From positions 1 to 42,901 of IMG/VR virus record IMGVR_UViG_3300017707_002109: DNA of 42,901 nt; one strand, given 5' to 3'. Of this stretch, positions 1-7,957 are shown piece after piece; within the stretch, counting starts at the first letter, position 1; every line of letters begins with the position of its first letter. A model generated the notes under the pieces. The model was not told the DNA's origin and made no database searches. It worked only from the letters and a program-made list of their open reading frames with translations. The DNA comes from a virus (Duplodnaviria; Caudoviricetes). Position numbers and translations under genes: made by a program.

Positions 1-7
1 AAAAGGG

Positions 8-62
8 AGAACCCCGCGCGGTAGGCGCCCCCAGGGCTCTAGGGATTTGACCCCCCTCCCCC
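8..62 (-). other. Putative cos/packaging-initiation region (continues at ~42870-42901 on circularisation)
   Basis: Minus strand GGGGGAGGGGGGTCAAATCCC...TACCGCGCGGGGT directly downstream of HNH; other end reads GGTGGCATCCGGAGGTTTTTTTT upstream of terS; typical HNH-cos-terS layout of HK97-like phages. Confidence 0.6.
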
Positions 63-118
63 TTGCGACGTGGTCGCATGGTGCGGCGCCGTTGCGGGTG
101 GGCTCTATGCATCTCGCC

Positions 119-457
119 TCAGCGAGATGAGGGCTTCTCACCGCGTTGGCGCTTGGCGCGCTCGGCGTTGGTCTTGCGGGTGTGGCAGGGCCAGCATCGC
201 GACAGCCCGTTCCTCACGTCGAGCAGGTCACCACCATCCTTCTTCTCGATGATGTGATCAGCGACGCAACGCAGGCCGGTACGCGGCCCCTTGTGCAGTG
301 GGTCCTGGCACTTGCCGTCGGCTCTGTTGACGACTTCAGCAGCCCACGCCTTGTGCTCGGGCGTGCCGTACCAACTATCGGTCGTCTTGGGTGGTGGGGC
401 GGCCAACGACGTGTCGAGCGTCGCAATGCGAGGCTGCAGCATCGCGAGGCGCGCCAT
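119..457 (-). CDS. HNH endonuclease (HK97 gp74-like, packaging-associated)
   Basis: DHIIE...GG...N...CWPCHTRKT HNH motif; position next to cos/terS. Confidence 0.9.
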   Translation of the reverse strand: MARLAMLQPRIATLDTSLAAPPPKTTDSWYGTPEHKAWAAEVVNRADGKCQDPLHKGPRTGLRCVADHIIEKKDGGDLLDVRNGLSRCWPCHTRKTNAERAKRQRGEKPSSR

Positions 458-541
458 TGTTGACCAGTATGTGATGGGGTGCCGGGTTTATATCCGACGA
501 TGCCTGAAAGATACCCGCATTCTCCGCAAGAGCAACTCGGG

Positions 542-1093
542 CTATTTGATATTTCTGTGGATGAGCTTCTTGGCGCGCTCGATGTCCTTCGCATCGGGCC
601 GCCAGGGCAGCGTGTTCCAGTCGATGGCGAGCCTGTCGAGCATGCGCTTCATCAGCGTGCGCGCATGGTTGGGCGAGCAGTGCAGCGTCTTGCCGAGGTC
701 CTCGCCGCTGGTCTTCTCGACGATGGCGTAGATCACCGCCTTGCCCTCGTCATCGGCCTTGAAGCGCAGCAGATCGATCAGCACCTGGTTGACCACGTCC
801 TGGTCGGCCGAGGGCACCACGCGCCGCATGGGCTCGCCGGGCAGGTCCTTGAACACCTCGCGCAACGGCTCTGGCATGCACGAGCGCACCTGCTGCGGCC
901 TCACGGTACGATCCTGCCGAAGCACCCAGTTCACCCGCTGCAACCGAGCTCTGACCGTCAGCGGTTCCCACGGGTCACCGACCTCCGGCTCCCTCGGCGG
1001 CTTGGGCGCTGGAGCCTTGTCGACGAAGCGCGTGCGGGCTCGTGTCGACCGATCGTCCAGGCCCAGTTCCACCGTCAGAATTCGCTCGACCAT
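542..1093 (-). CDS. Putative late-gene transcriptional regulator (C-terminal HTH)
   Basis: SGEDLGKTLHCSPNHARTLM HTH-like segment; Q-like position between replication genes and HNH/packaging genes. Confidence 0.55.
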   Translation of the reverse strand: MVERILTVELGLDDRSTRARTRFVDKAPAPKPPREPEVGDPWEPLTVRARLQRVNWVLRQDRTVRPQQVRSCMPEPLREVFKDLPGEPMRRVVPSADQDVVNQVLIDLLRFKADDEGKAVIYAIVEKTSGEDLGKTLHCSPNHARTLMKRMLDRLAIDWNTLPWRPDAKDIERAKKLIHRNIK

Positions 1094-1141
1094 CCCGCCC
1101 TCACCCGCCCGAAACCGTTGCCGCCACCGTCCTGCCGAGCC

Positions 1142-1780
1142 TCATGCTCGGAGGGTCGCCGGGTCGCCTCGTGCGCGCGGGGCAACCATCAAGGCAGCTG
1201 CAACCTCATGAAGGGATACAGGGATACAGGGAGAAGGAGAGGCGCACCCTATCGCGCGTGATTTCAAGGGCTTGCGTCGTCCTATCGACGGAACTTCCGC
1301 AGAACTTCCGCGAATGTTTTCGATAACTTCCGGCGATGCGGCCGCTTCTCCCCGCTCATGCACAGGCCCATCCACAGCACTGCCCACAAGCTGCAGGTGC
1401 GTCTGCCCGCCGCCGGCGCCGCCACCGCTCTGCTCGCCAGGCTCCTGCCCGCCCGTCTTCTTGCCGGCGACGTCGCGCTCGGTCCGCGGATTGGCCACGC
1501 GCCCGTCGGCCATCTCGACCAGCTTGTCGGGATCTCCCAGCAGCTCGGCCTTGGCGTTGAGCCAGGTCTTGACGTTCTTCAGGTTGAGCTTGTCGCGGAT
1601 CCATTCGTCGAACCCGTCGCGCGGCAGCTTCAGCCGGCGCGGCGGCAGCGGCCCGCCTTCGACGCGCATCAGGTTGATCAGCATGATGTAGATGCCGATC
1701 GTTGCCGGCTTGAAGCCCTTGACCCCGTCGTTGAAGTCCTGCGGGAACATGTCGTAGACGAACGACTTGCGCCTGCTCAT
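1142..1780 (-). CDS. DUF1376/YdaU-family replication initiator-like protein
   Basis: N-terminal YDMFPQDFNDGV...GIYIMLINLM...GGPLP signature; internal iteron-like repeats. Confidence 0.75.
   Translation of the reverse strand: MSRRKSFVYDMFPQDFNDGVKGFKPATIGIYIMLINLMRVEGGPLPPRRLKLPRDGFDEWIRDKLNLKNVKTWLNAKAELLGDPDKLVEMADGRVANPRTERDVAGKKTGGQEPGEQSGGGAGGGQTHLQLVGSAVDGPVHERGEAAASPEVIENIRGSSAEVPSIGRRKPLKSRAIGCASPSPCIPVSLHEVAAALMVAPRARGDPATLRA
1291..1334. repeat. 11-bp-period iteron-like repeats (candidate replication origin)
   Basis: GAACTTCCGCA / GAACTTCCGCG / AATGTTTTCGA (degenerate) / TAACTTCCGGC at 1291, 1302, 1313, 1324 inside the initiator gene. Confidence 0.5.
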
Positions 1781-1817
1781 GCCGGTTCTCCGGCAAGGCG
1801 GTGCTCAGCAGCGTGAC

Positions 1818-2117
1818 CTACTGCGTGTCGACGTCCATCGCCCAGAGATCGGGCGCGATGAGATAGCGTCCCGGCTCGACCTCGGTGACGAGCTTGCGCT
1901 CGATCAGCTCGTCGAACCACTTCCGGACGTTCCGCCGATCGCTCCGCGTCTTGACCATTTCGGCCAGCATCTTGTCGTTCACGGGGATCGCGCTCGAGCC
2001 GGATTGCGACGCGATCATGATTAGGTCCATGAGCACGCCGATACTGCCGAGCGAACAGCCGTGCGTCGCTTCCAGCAAACTCGTGCTGAGATAGAACTTG
2101 CCGTCGTCCTGAGCCAT
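1818..2117 (-). CDS. Hypothetical winged-helix protein (weakly DUF1376-like)
   Basis: 99-aa ORF with GAGGGG RBS; GVLMDLIM...LAEMV...VRKWFDELIERKLV wHTH-like pattern. Confidence 0.6.
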   Translation of the reverse strand: MAQDDGKFYLSTSLLEATHGCSLGSIGVLMDLIMIASQSGSSAIPVNDKMLAEMVKTRSDRRNVRKWFDELIERKLVTEVEPGRYLIAPDLWAMDVDTQ

Positions 2118-2150
2118 TGGTGCCCCTCGCGAAGGATACGCCGGCGGCCC

Positions 2151-2438
2151 TCACCCGTCACCCCACTGCTTGCCGATGCCGTAGAGCTTCAGCAGCCGGC
2201 AGACCCGCGCGAAATAGAGATCGTTCCGAGGGAACTCCCACATGTGCCGAGCATGCGCGTGGGTGTCGACCATGATGCCGAGGTCCGGCCGCAGCCGGCC
2301 GATGGCCGCCACTGCCGCATGAATCTCCCACGCCGCGGCACCGGCGAAGTTCTCCTGCACGAGTGTGTCGACCAGCATCCGCTGCGTCGCAGCGGCATGG
2401 ACGTTGAGTTCCTTGCTGGGCGGCAAGTGCCTTGTCAT
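2151..2438 (-). CDS. Hypothetical protein
   Basis: ATG at 2438 overlaps the upstream MTase stop (ATGA coupling). Confidence 0.6.
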   Translation of the reverse strand: MTRHLPPSKELNVHAAATQRMLVDTLVQENFAGAAAWEIHAAVAAIGRLRPDLGIMVDTHAHARHMWEFPRNDLYFARVCRLLKLYGIGKQWGDG

Positions 2439-3073
2439 CGCACCACTCTCGCAGGCGTGAACCACTCAATGGTCGGACGGTCGTGCACCGCCCGATAGCG
2501 CACCCAGACGAACCACGCCCAGGCGATCATGCCGTTGTGGCCCTTGTCCTCGGCCCTGACGCCATCGACGACGGGCAGCATGTTGACGCGGCCCGCGCTC
2601 ACCATCACCGACGTGAGGTGGCTTTCCTCGAACAGCGCCGACACTTGCTTGCCCTCGAGCAGCTGCAGCCGCCCCAGCAATGCCACGAAGGCGACGTCCA
2701 GGCTGAGCGCATGTGCCGCGAACTCGCGCCACAGCCGAAACGGCGGATTGGTGATGATGGCGTCGACACCCACGCCATCGATCTCCGCCGGCTTCAGCTC
2801 CATCAGGAAATCGCGGCGGCTCTCGCCATAGCCGCGATCGACCAGGTCGGTGCCGACCGAGGCCAGCCCGTGACGCTGCAGCGCCTTGCAGATGGCGCCA
2901 TCGCCGCACGCCGGCTCCCACACGCCACTGTCCAGATGAAAGCGCCAGCGCTCGATCAGCGGATCGATCAGCGCATCGGGCGTCGGATAGAAGTCATGCT
3001 CTTCCCGGGCAAAGCCCCGCGCGCCACCAATTCCCTTGGAGCCCGCCGGCAACTTCATGAGAGCGTCGCTCAT
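2435..3073 (-). CDS. Phage DNA N6-adenine methyltransferase
   Basis: DFYPTP, WEPACGDG (SAM-binding) and IITNPPF (catalytic) motifs. Confidence 0.88.
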   Translation of the reverse strand: MSDALMKLPAGSKGIGGARGFAREEHDFYPTPDALIDPLIERWRFHLDSGVWEPACGDGAICKALQRHGLASVGTDLVDRGYGESRRDFLMELKPAEIDGVGVDAIITNPPFRLWREFAAHALSLDVAFVALLGRLQLLEGKQVSALFEESHLTSVMVSAGRVNMLPVVDGVRAEDKGHNGMIAWAWFVWVRYRAVHDRPTIEWFTPARVVR

Positions 3074-3892
3074 GCCGCCACCGGCGCGAACAGCGGCGAA
3101 TCGCCATCGATGCGCTTGCGCGCGATCTCGGCATAGACCGGGTTGAGTTCGATCAGCACGGCGTCACGCCCCAGCCGCTTCGCGACGAGCCCCGTCGTGC
3201 CGGATCCACCGAACGGGTCTAGGACGGTCTGCCCTTCGTTCGTCGAGCAGACGATGCAGCGCCGCGCGAGCTCGGCCGGCATGACGGCGGGATGCCCGGT
3301 ATGCGTCGGCTGCGGCCGTATCGTCCACACCGTCGACCGGAACCACGCCTCGCCCGGATCCCGCACGTCGTATTGCTCCTGCTTCGACAGCAGGAACAGA
3401 TACTCGTGCGCCGTCGACGGCCGATCCAGGCGCGGCGGCTCCGTGGCCGTCTGCTTGTTCCAAATGATAGTGGAGCGCAGGTACCAGCCATCGGCGCGCA
3501 AGGTGTCGGCCACGACGAACGGCGTGAGCGTGATGTCCTTTTCCTTGAAGCCCGGCGACTGTCGCCGCCATCCCTTGCGCTCGTGCGCGCCGGTCCATTG
3601 CCGCCGCTTGGCGACCAGCGAGCCCCCCCCCGCCATTGCCGCCGGCGGCGTAGCTGTCGCCGATCTGCAGCCACAGCACACCGCGCGGCCGCAGCACACG
3701 CCGCACCTCATCGCAGACTTCCGACAGGGAGTCGGCGAACTCGCCCGGTGTCGTCTCCTGGCCGAGCTGGCCGGGCATGCCGTAGTCACGCTGCCGGAAG
3801 TAGGGCGGGCTAAACATCGTCATATCGATGCTCTCGTCGGCCAGCGTCTTCAGCTGCTCGCGCACGTCGCCCAGGAGGATGCGAACGGTCAC
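3070..3892 (-). pseudogene. Beta-class N4-C/N6-A DNA methyltransferase, frameshifted at a G9 tract (possibly phase-variable or a sequencing error)
   Basis: GTG 3892 frame encodes ILLGDV...FSPPY...RVLRPRG.LWLQIGDSY; after the C run at 3623-3631 another frame carries IIWNK...HEYLFLL...HPAVMP...VLDPFGGSGTT...LIELN; removing one G gives an intact ~273-aa ORF. Confidence 0.88.
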
Positions 3893-3930
3893 GCCTTCAC
3901 CTCGCCGCAAAACCCGGGCAGGTTGCGCCG

Positions 3931-4467
3931 ATGAAAGCTCGCCTGCTCCCGGCCCTCGCACTGCTCCTCCTCGCCGCCGTCACCGGCAGCGCCCTCGCCC
4001 AGCCCGCCAAGCCGCGCGACTGCGTCGCCGAGATGGGGCCGCTGCCCCAGAAATGGGAGGGCACCGCCTTCGCCATCGACGGCGACACCCTGGCCGGCGT
4101 CGGCCTCAAGCCGCACATCCGGATCTGGGGCATCCAGGCGCCCGAGCTGCGCGACAAGGACAAGCAGGAGACCGTGGCCGGCATGTCCGCCCGCGCCACG
4201 CTGGCCCAGCTGCTGGCGACCGACGCCCAGAAGGTCCGCTGCGACCCGCTGAAATACGATCGCTACTGCCGCTGGGTGGCGACCTGCCTGGTGAAGGTCA
4301 CCGACGCCGGCCGCTACATGATCGCCCACGGCATGGCCTACGGCTTCTACCTCGAGGACATCGTGGGCGGCAGCACGGCGCTCAGCCTCAGCTACGTCGA
4401 GATGGAGCAACTCGCGCGGCAGGAGAAGCGCGGCCTGTGGCCGGTATGGCTGGGCGAGAGGCGCTGA
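3931..4467 (+). CDS. Exported thermonuclease (SNase) family protein
   Basis: Signal peptide ending ALA-Q; IDGDT, RIWGIQAPE, DRYCR and ARQEKRGLW motifs; opposite strand to the surrounding operon. Confidence 0.88.
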   Translation: MKARLLPALALLLLAAVTGSALAQPAKPRDCVAEMGPLPQKWEGTAFAIDGDTLAGVGLKPHIRIWGIQAPELRDKDKQETVAGMSARATLAQLLATDAQKVRCDPLKYDRYCRWVATCLVKVTDAGRYMIAHGMAYGFYLEDIVGGSTALSLSYVEMEQLARQEKRGLWPVWLGERR

Positions 4468-4469
4468 CA

Positions 4470-6539
4470 TCAGTCCGCCGCCCTGACTTCCGCCGCGCCG
4501 TCATCGTTGGCGACGTTCGCCCGCACGATGGCGGCCGCGATCGGCGGGCACACCGAATTGCCGCACATGCGGACCTGCGCCGTCTTCGTGAGGGGCTTCC
4601 CTGTCGGTCCCGGCACGTCGATCCTATAGTCGTCACCGAAACCCTGCGCGCGGTAGAGCTCGCGCGGGCTGAGCATCCGCAGGCCGATGTCGACGATGGG
4701 CCAACCGTTCACCGTAACCAGGCCGAAGCGGTCCTTGGTCGTGACGGTGTGCATTGGATCGTCAAGGCGCGAGCCGTCGCCCTGCCCGTAGTATTTCAGG
4801 AGGAACGCTGCGACCCGCTGCGCGCCCTCGAGGTCGGACTCCGAGAGCGTGCATTCCGCGACGGCGACCTTGCCGCCGCCATCCGTCATCACCGTCCCCA
4901 CGGGTGCATCGGCCGGTGCGCCGGTCGACGTCCCGAACTGCCGCACGATATGGGCCGCCACGACACCCTGGGTGCAGCCCTTGCCAACGATGGTGGAGAC
5001 CGGCTCCTCGACCGCGTGGCCGTCGTTGCCGGTGTTGTGCTGGGCAAGGAACGCCGCCACGACGGCCGAATGGTTCTCGGTCGTTTGCGTTTTCATCGGC
5101 TGGTCGACCGGTGCCGGCTTGCCGCCATAGGTCGGGCCGCCGGCGCCCGCCGTGAAGACGCCGGCCAGCGACGCGCCGTTCTGTGTCGGCACCACCGACG
5201 CCATGGGCTCGTCTACCGGCCTCGAGCGCGGGGCCTGGCCTTCCCGCTCGCCGTAGCGAGGCACGAGGACCGCCGACACCAGCCCGATCGGCGCCGCGCC
5301 GCCCGGGCGCTTGACGAAGCTGTTGGCCGTGACCGTGTGCATCGGCTCGTCGATTCGATGGCCGTCCGAATTCGCGCGGAACTTGGTGATGTGCGGCGCG
5401 ATCAACGCCATTTCGCCGCGATGGGCGGCGGTGATCGTCTTGAACGGTTCATCGACCGGATGCGCGCGATCGCCGCCGTGATGGGTGAGCGGCGCCACGA
5501 GCGGTTCGACCAGCAGGTGCTCGGCCTTGCTGGTGATCGTGGTGACGGGCTCATCGATCCTGTTGACGTATTTCCCGCCACCGCCGGTTTGCCCGATGCG
5601 GGCGATGAACGGTTCGACCACCGCCGAATCGCCCTTGGCGGTGATCGTCTGCATCGGCACGTCGACCGGCCGCTCGGGACTCTGCCCCATGCGCCCGCCG
5701 ACGCCGACGATGAACGGCTTCTCGGCATTGACGACGTATCTCATCACCCCGCGGGTGATCCGCTTCAGCGTGTTCTCGGCCAGCGGCTTCGTGCGCGTGA
5801 AGATCGACGGGCACGGGATCGACCAGTCGATGCACTCCGCCGCCGTCCGCCACGGCGCGAGCCCGCCGGGCACCGTGCCATCGGCGTTCGGCTTGTCGTG
5901 CGTCGGCGCCGGCCACACGATGGGCTTGCCGTCGAAGCGGATGATCACGAACAGCCGCTTGCGGATGGTCGGCGTGCCGTAGCGGAAGGCGCGCAGCTCG
6001 CGATGCTCGACCCGGCCGCCCAGTTTCTTCAGCTCGCGCACCCAGCGCTTGAAGGTGACGCCCTTCGACAGCGGGCACGGCACGCGCTTGCCCTCATCGG
6101 TCAGGATCAGCGGGCCCCAGTCCTTGAACTCCTCGACATTCTCCAGCCAGACCTGGTCGGGCTTCACCAGCTTCACCCAGTGCACCACCACCCAGGCGAG
6201 GTCGCGGATGCCCTTGTCGACCGGCTTGCTGCCTTTGGCCTTGCTGAAGTGCTTGCAGTCCGGCGAGAACCAGAGCCCGCGCACGGGCAGCACGCGGAAC
6301 GGGATGCCCAGTTCGGCGCAGCGCTTGGCCGACGCCTGGCGCACCACCTCGCGAGGGTCGGCCTTCCAGACGTTCTGGCATAGGTGCAGCGTGTTCGGAT
6401 GGTTGGCGGCATGCAGCGCCACCGCCTCGGCATCGTGGTTGATCGCGACGTCGGGCGAGCGGCCGATGGCCCATTCGATCCCGGTCGAGGCGCCGCCACC
6501 GCCGGCGAAGTTGTCGATGTAGAGGCCGTCGTCGATCAT
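4470..6539 (-). CDS. DNA (cytosine-5) methyltransferase with long repetitive variable region
   Basis: Motif I FAGGGG, IV SPDC, VI ENVEEF, VIII RKRLF, IX-X RELYRAQGF...QVRMCGNSV. Confidence 0.95.
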   Translation of the reverse strand: MIDDGLYIDNFAGGGGASTGIEWAIGRSPDVAINHDAEAVALHAANHPNTLHLCQNVWKADPREVVRQASAKRCAELGIPFRVLPVRGLWFSPDCKHFSKAKGSKPVDKGIRDLAWVVVHWVKLVKPDQVWLENVEEFKDWGPLILTDEGKRVPCPLSKGVTFKRWVRELKKLGGRVEHRELRAFRYGTPTIRKRLFVIIRFDGKPIVWPAPTHDKPNADGTVPGGLAPWRTAAECIDWSIPCPSIFTRTKPLAENTLKRITRGVMRYVVNAEKPFIVGVGGRMGQSPERPVDVPMQTITAKGDSAVVEPFIARIGQTGGGGKYVNRIDEPVTTITSKAEHLLVEPLVAPLTHHGGDRAHPVDEPFKTITAAHRGEMALIAPHITKFRANSDGHRIDEPMHTVTANSFVKRPGGAAPIGLVSAVLVPRYGEREGQAPRSRPVDEPMASVVPTQNGASLAGVFTAGAGGPTYGGKPAPVDQPMKTQTTENHSAVVAAFLAQHNTGNDGHAVEEPVSTIVGKGCTQGVVAAHIVRQFGTSTGAPADAPVGTVMTDGGGKVAVAECTLSESDLEGAQRVAAFLLKYYGQGDGSRLDDPMHTVTTKDRFGLVTVNGWPIVDIGLRMLSPRELYRAQGFGDDYRIDVPGPTGKPLTKTAQVRMCGNSVCPPIAAAIVRANVANDDGAAEVRAAD

Positions 6540-7042
6540 GCCGGCCTCGCCACATCAATCGAATGCGTGATGTGCCAGCCACCGCTCGCCTTGGGCACGC
6601 ACTCCTCGAGCAGCCACGGCACGACGATGTCGGACCAAGCCTTCCGAGACACCCAGCCGTGCGACGCCATGCAGTTGATGTCGAAGATGCCGATCTCGGC
6701 CTCGTGCCGGCAGCAACCGACCCAATGCGTGTGGCGGTAGGCCACGCGCGGCGGCACGCCGGGCTTCGTCCATGGCCCTTCCCACTGGATGCGCACCAGG
6801 CCCCAATCGGGCCACTCCTTGTCCTGCCGCCGCTGCCAAGCCACACCGAGACGGCGCAGGATGTCGAACATCAGTGTCGGGTTGGTGTAGTGCTTCTGCT
6901 CGAAGTCGCCGAGGTGCGGCCGCAGCTCGTCGAGCGTCATGTTGGTGATCGCGGCAATGGCGCCGGGACCGCAGTTGCTGCCCCACACCTCGTTGGCGCG
7001 ATCGGCATCCGCCTCGGTGAAGCGCGGTCGTGCGGGCTTCAT
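6536..7042 (-). CDS. Hypothetical protein, papain-like/C39-like cysteine peptidase candidate
   Basis: ATG 7042 (TGATG coupling); NCGP...THWVG...IFDIN Cys-His-Asp order. Confidence 0.6.
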   Translation of the reverse strand: MKPARPRFTEADADRANEVWGSNCGPGAIAAITNMTLDELRPHLGDFEQKHYTNPTLMFDILRRLGVAWQRRQDKEWPDWGLVRIQWEGPWTKPGVPPRVAYRHTHWVGCCRHEAEIGIFDINCMASHGWVSRKAWSDIVVPWLLEECVPKASGGWHITHSIDVARPA

Positions 7043-7227
7043 CACCGCAGCGCCTCGGCGATCGCGACGCCCGCCATCAGCGAGATCATGCCGGTGACAA
7101 AGAAGAAGGCGGTCCACGAGGGGCGTGGCGACCGCGAATCGCGCGGCGGCACGACGGTGCCGGCAGCGATCCACGCGCGCCAGTTGATGCGCGGATTTGG
7201 TTGAACGGGCGGGCGGATGACTTTCAT
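7042..7227 (-). CDS. Small hypothetical membrane protein
   Basis: ATGA-coupled start; C-terminal hydrophobic helix WTAFFFVTGMISLMAGVAIA. Confidence 0.55.
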   Translation of the reverse strand: MKVIRPPVQPNPRINWRAWIAAGTVVPPRDSRSPRPSWTAFFFVTGMISLMAGVAIAEALR

Positions 7228-7562
7228 CGGACCTTGCCCCTCCGCTTCGCCGTGCCGTACCCCTGCAGCAAGTTCCAACACAGGCGAGACACCTGGACGC
7301 TGCCGCGCGCGCCGAGCTTCAGCGCAATCCCGTTCGCCAGGCGCTCGACATGATCGTGCTTCCCCGCATCCCCGCGCGTCGTCTCATGCGCGAGGCGCAG
7401 TTGCCGGCAGAGTTCGGCCGCCTCGAGGGCGCCCACCACCTGGTCCTGCCGCATCAGCACCACGCCCCTGAGGTGCGCGGCCGAGGCGATGGCCTGGACG
7501 TTGGCGTCGAAGCCCTTGGCGCGGCCGGCGCCGGGGCGGAAGGTGAGGCCGGAGGCGTTCAC
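7224..7562 (-). CDS. Hypothetical protein
   Basis: GTGA-coupled start at 7562 with upstream GAGG. Confidence 0.55.
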   Translation of the reverse strand: MNASGLTFRPGAGRAKGFDANVQAIASAAHLRGVVLMRQDQVVGALEAAELCRQLRLAHETTRGDAGKHDHVERLANGIALKLGARGSVQVSRLCWNLLQGYGTAKRRGKVR

Positions 7563-7957
7563 GAGATTTCCCTCGGTTCGCCCACCAGCACCGCCCACAC
7601 CGCCGCCTTGGCGAACTGGCCGCCGAAGTCGCAGATGCCCAGCTCGAACGGCAGGCACTCCGCCACCCGCTCCCAGTGCTCGCGCGCCAGTGCCCGGTAG
7701 AACAGGGTCTCGTGGCCCCAGTAGTAGTTGATGGTGCCGCGATGCACCCCGGCCCGCTCGGTGATGAAGCCCGACGACACGCGGAAATGGCCCTCGGCCA
7801 TGAAATCCAGGGCGGCCTCGATGACCCGCTTCTGGGTGGCGAGAGCCTTGGCCGTGCGATACGGCGAGCGATAGCGCCGCGGGTGCCCGGTTACGGGCAC
7901 CGGATTGGCCGTATGGCCTGCGGGCAATGCTTCCCGTGAAACAGGGGCGACGTTCAC
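7559..7957 (-). CDS. TetR/AcrR-like HTH protein
   Basis: TQKRVIEAALDFMAEGHF.VSSGFITERAGVHRGTINYYW matches the TetR N-terminal HTH; GTGA-coupled start. Confidence 0.7.
   Translation of the reverse strand: MNVAPVSREALPAGHTANPVPVTGHPRRYRSPYRTAKALATQKRVIEAALDFMAEGHFRVSSGFITERAGVHRGTINYYWGHETLFYRALAREHWERVAECLPFELGICDFGGQFAKAAVWAVLVGEPREIS

Noticed and set aside
1291-1305. GAAC-N7-GAAC match to the LexA box
   Set aside because: Lies mid-gene and arises from the 11-bp iteron-like repeat; no adjacent gene start
3828-6383. 851-aa plus-strand ORF, and similar long plus-strand ORFs (19472-20791, 22643-24454, 29897-31405, 34446-35936, 36812-38575, 38757-40502, 41024-42760)
   Set aside because: Antisense shadows of well-supported genes in high-GC DNA; no motifs
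2435-6539. Restriction-modification system formed by the MTases plus the SNase
   Set aside because: The nuclease has a signal peptide and a non-specific SNase fold; no restriction endonuclease recognisable
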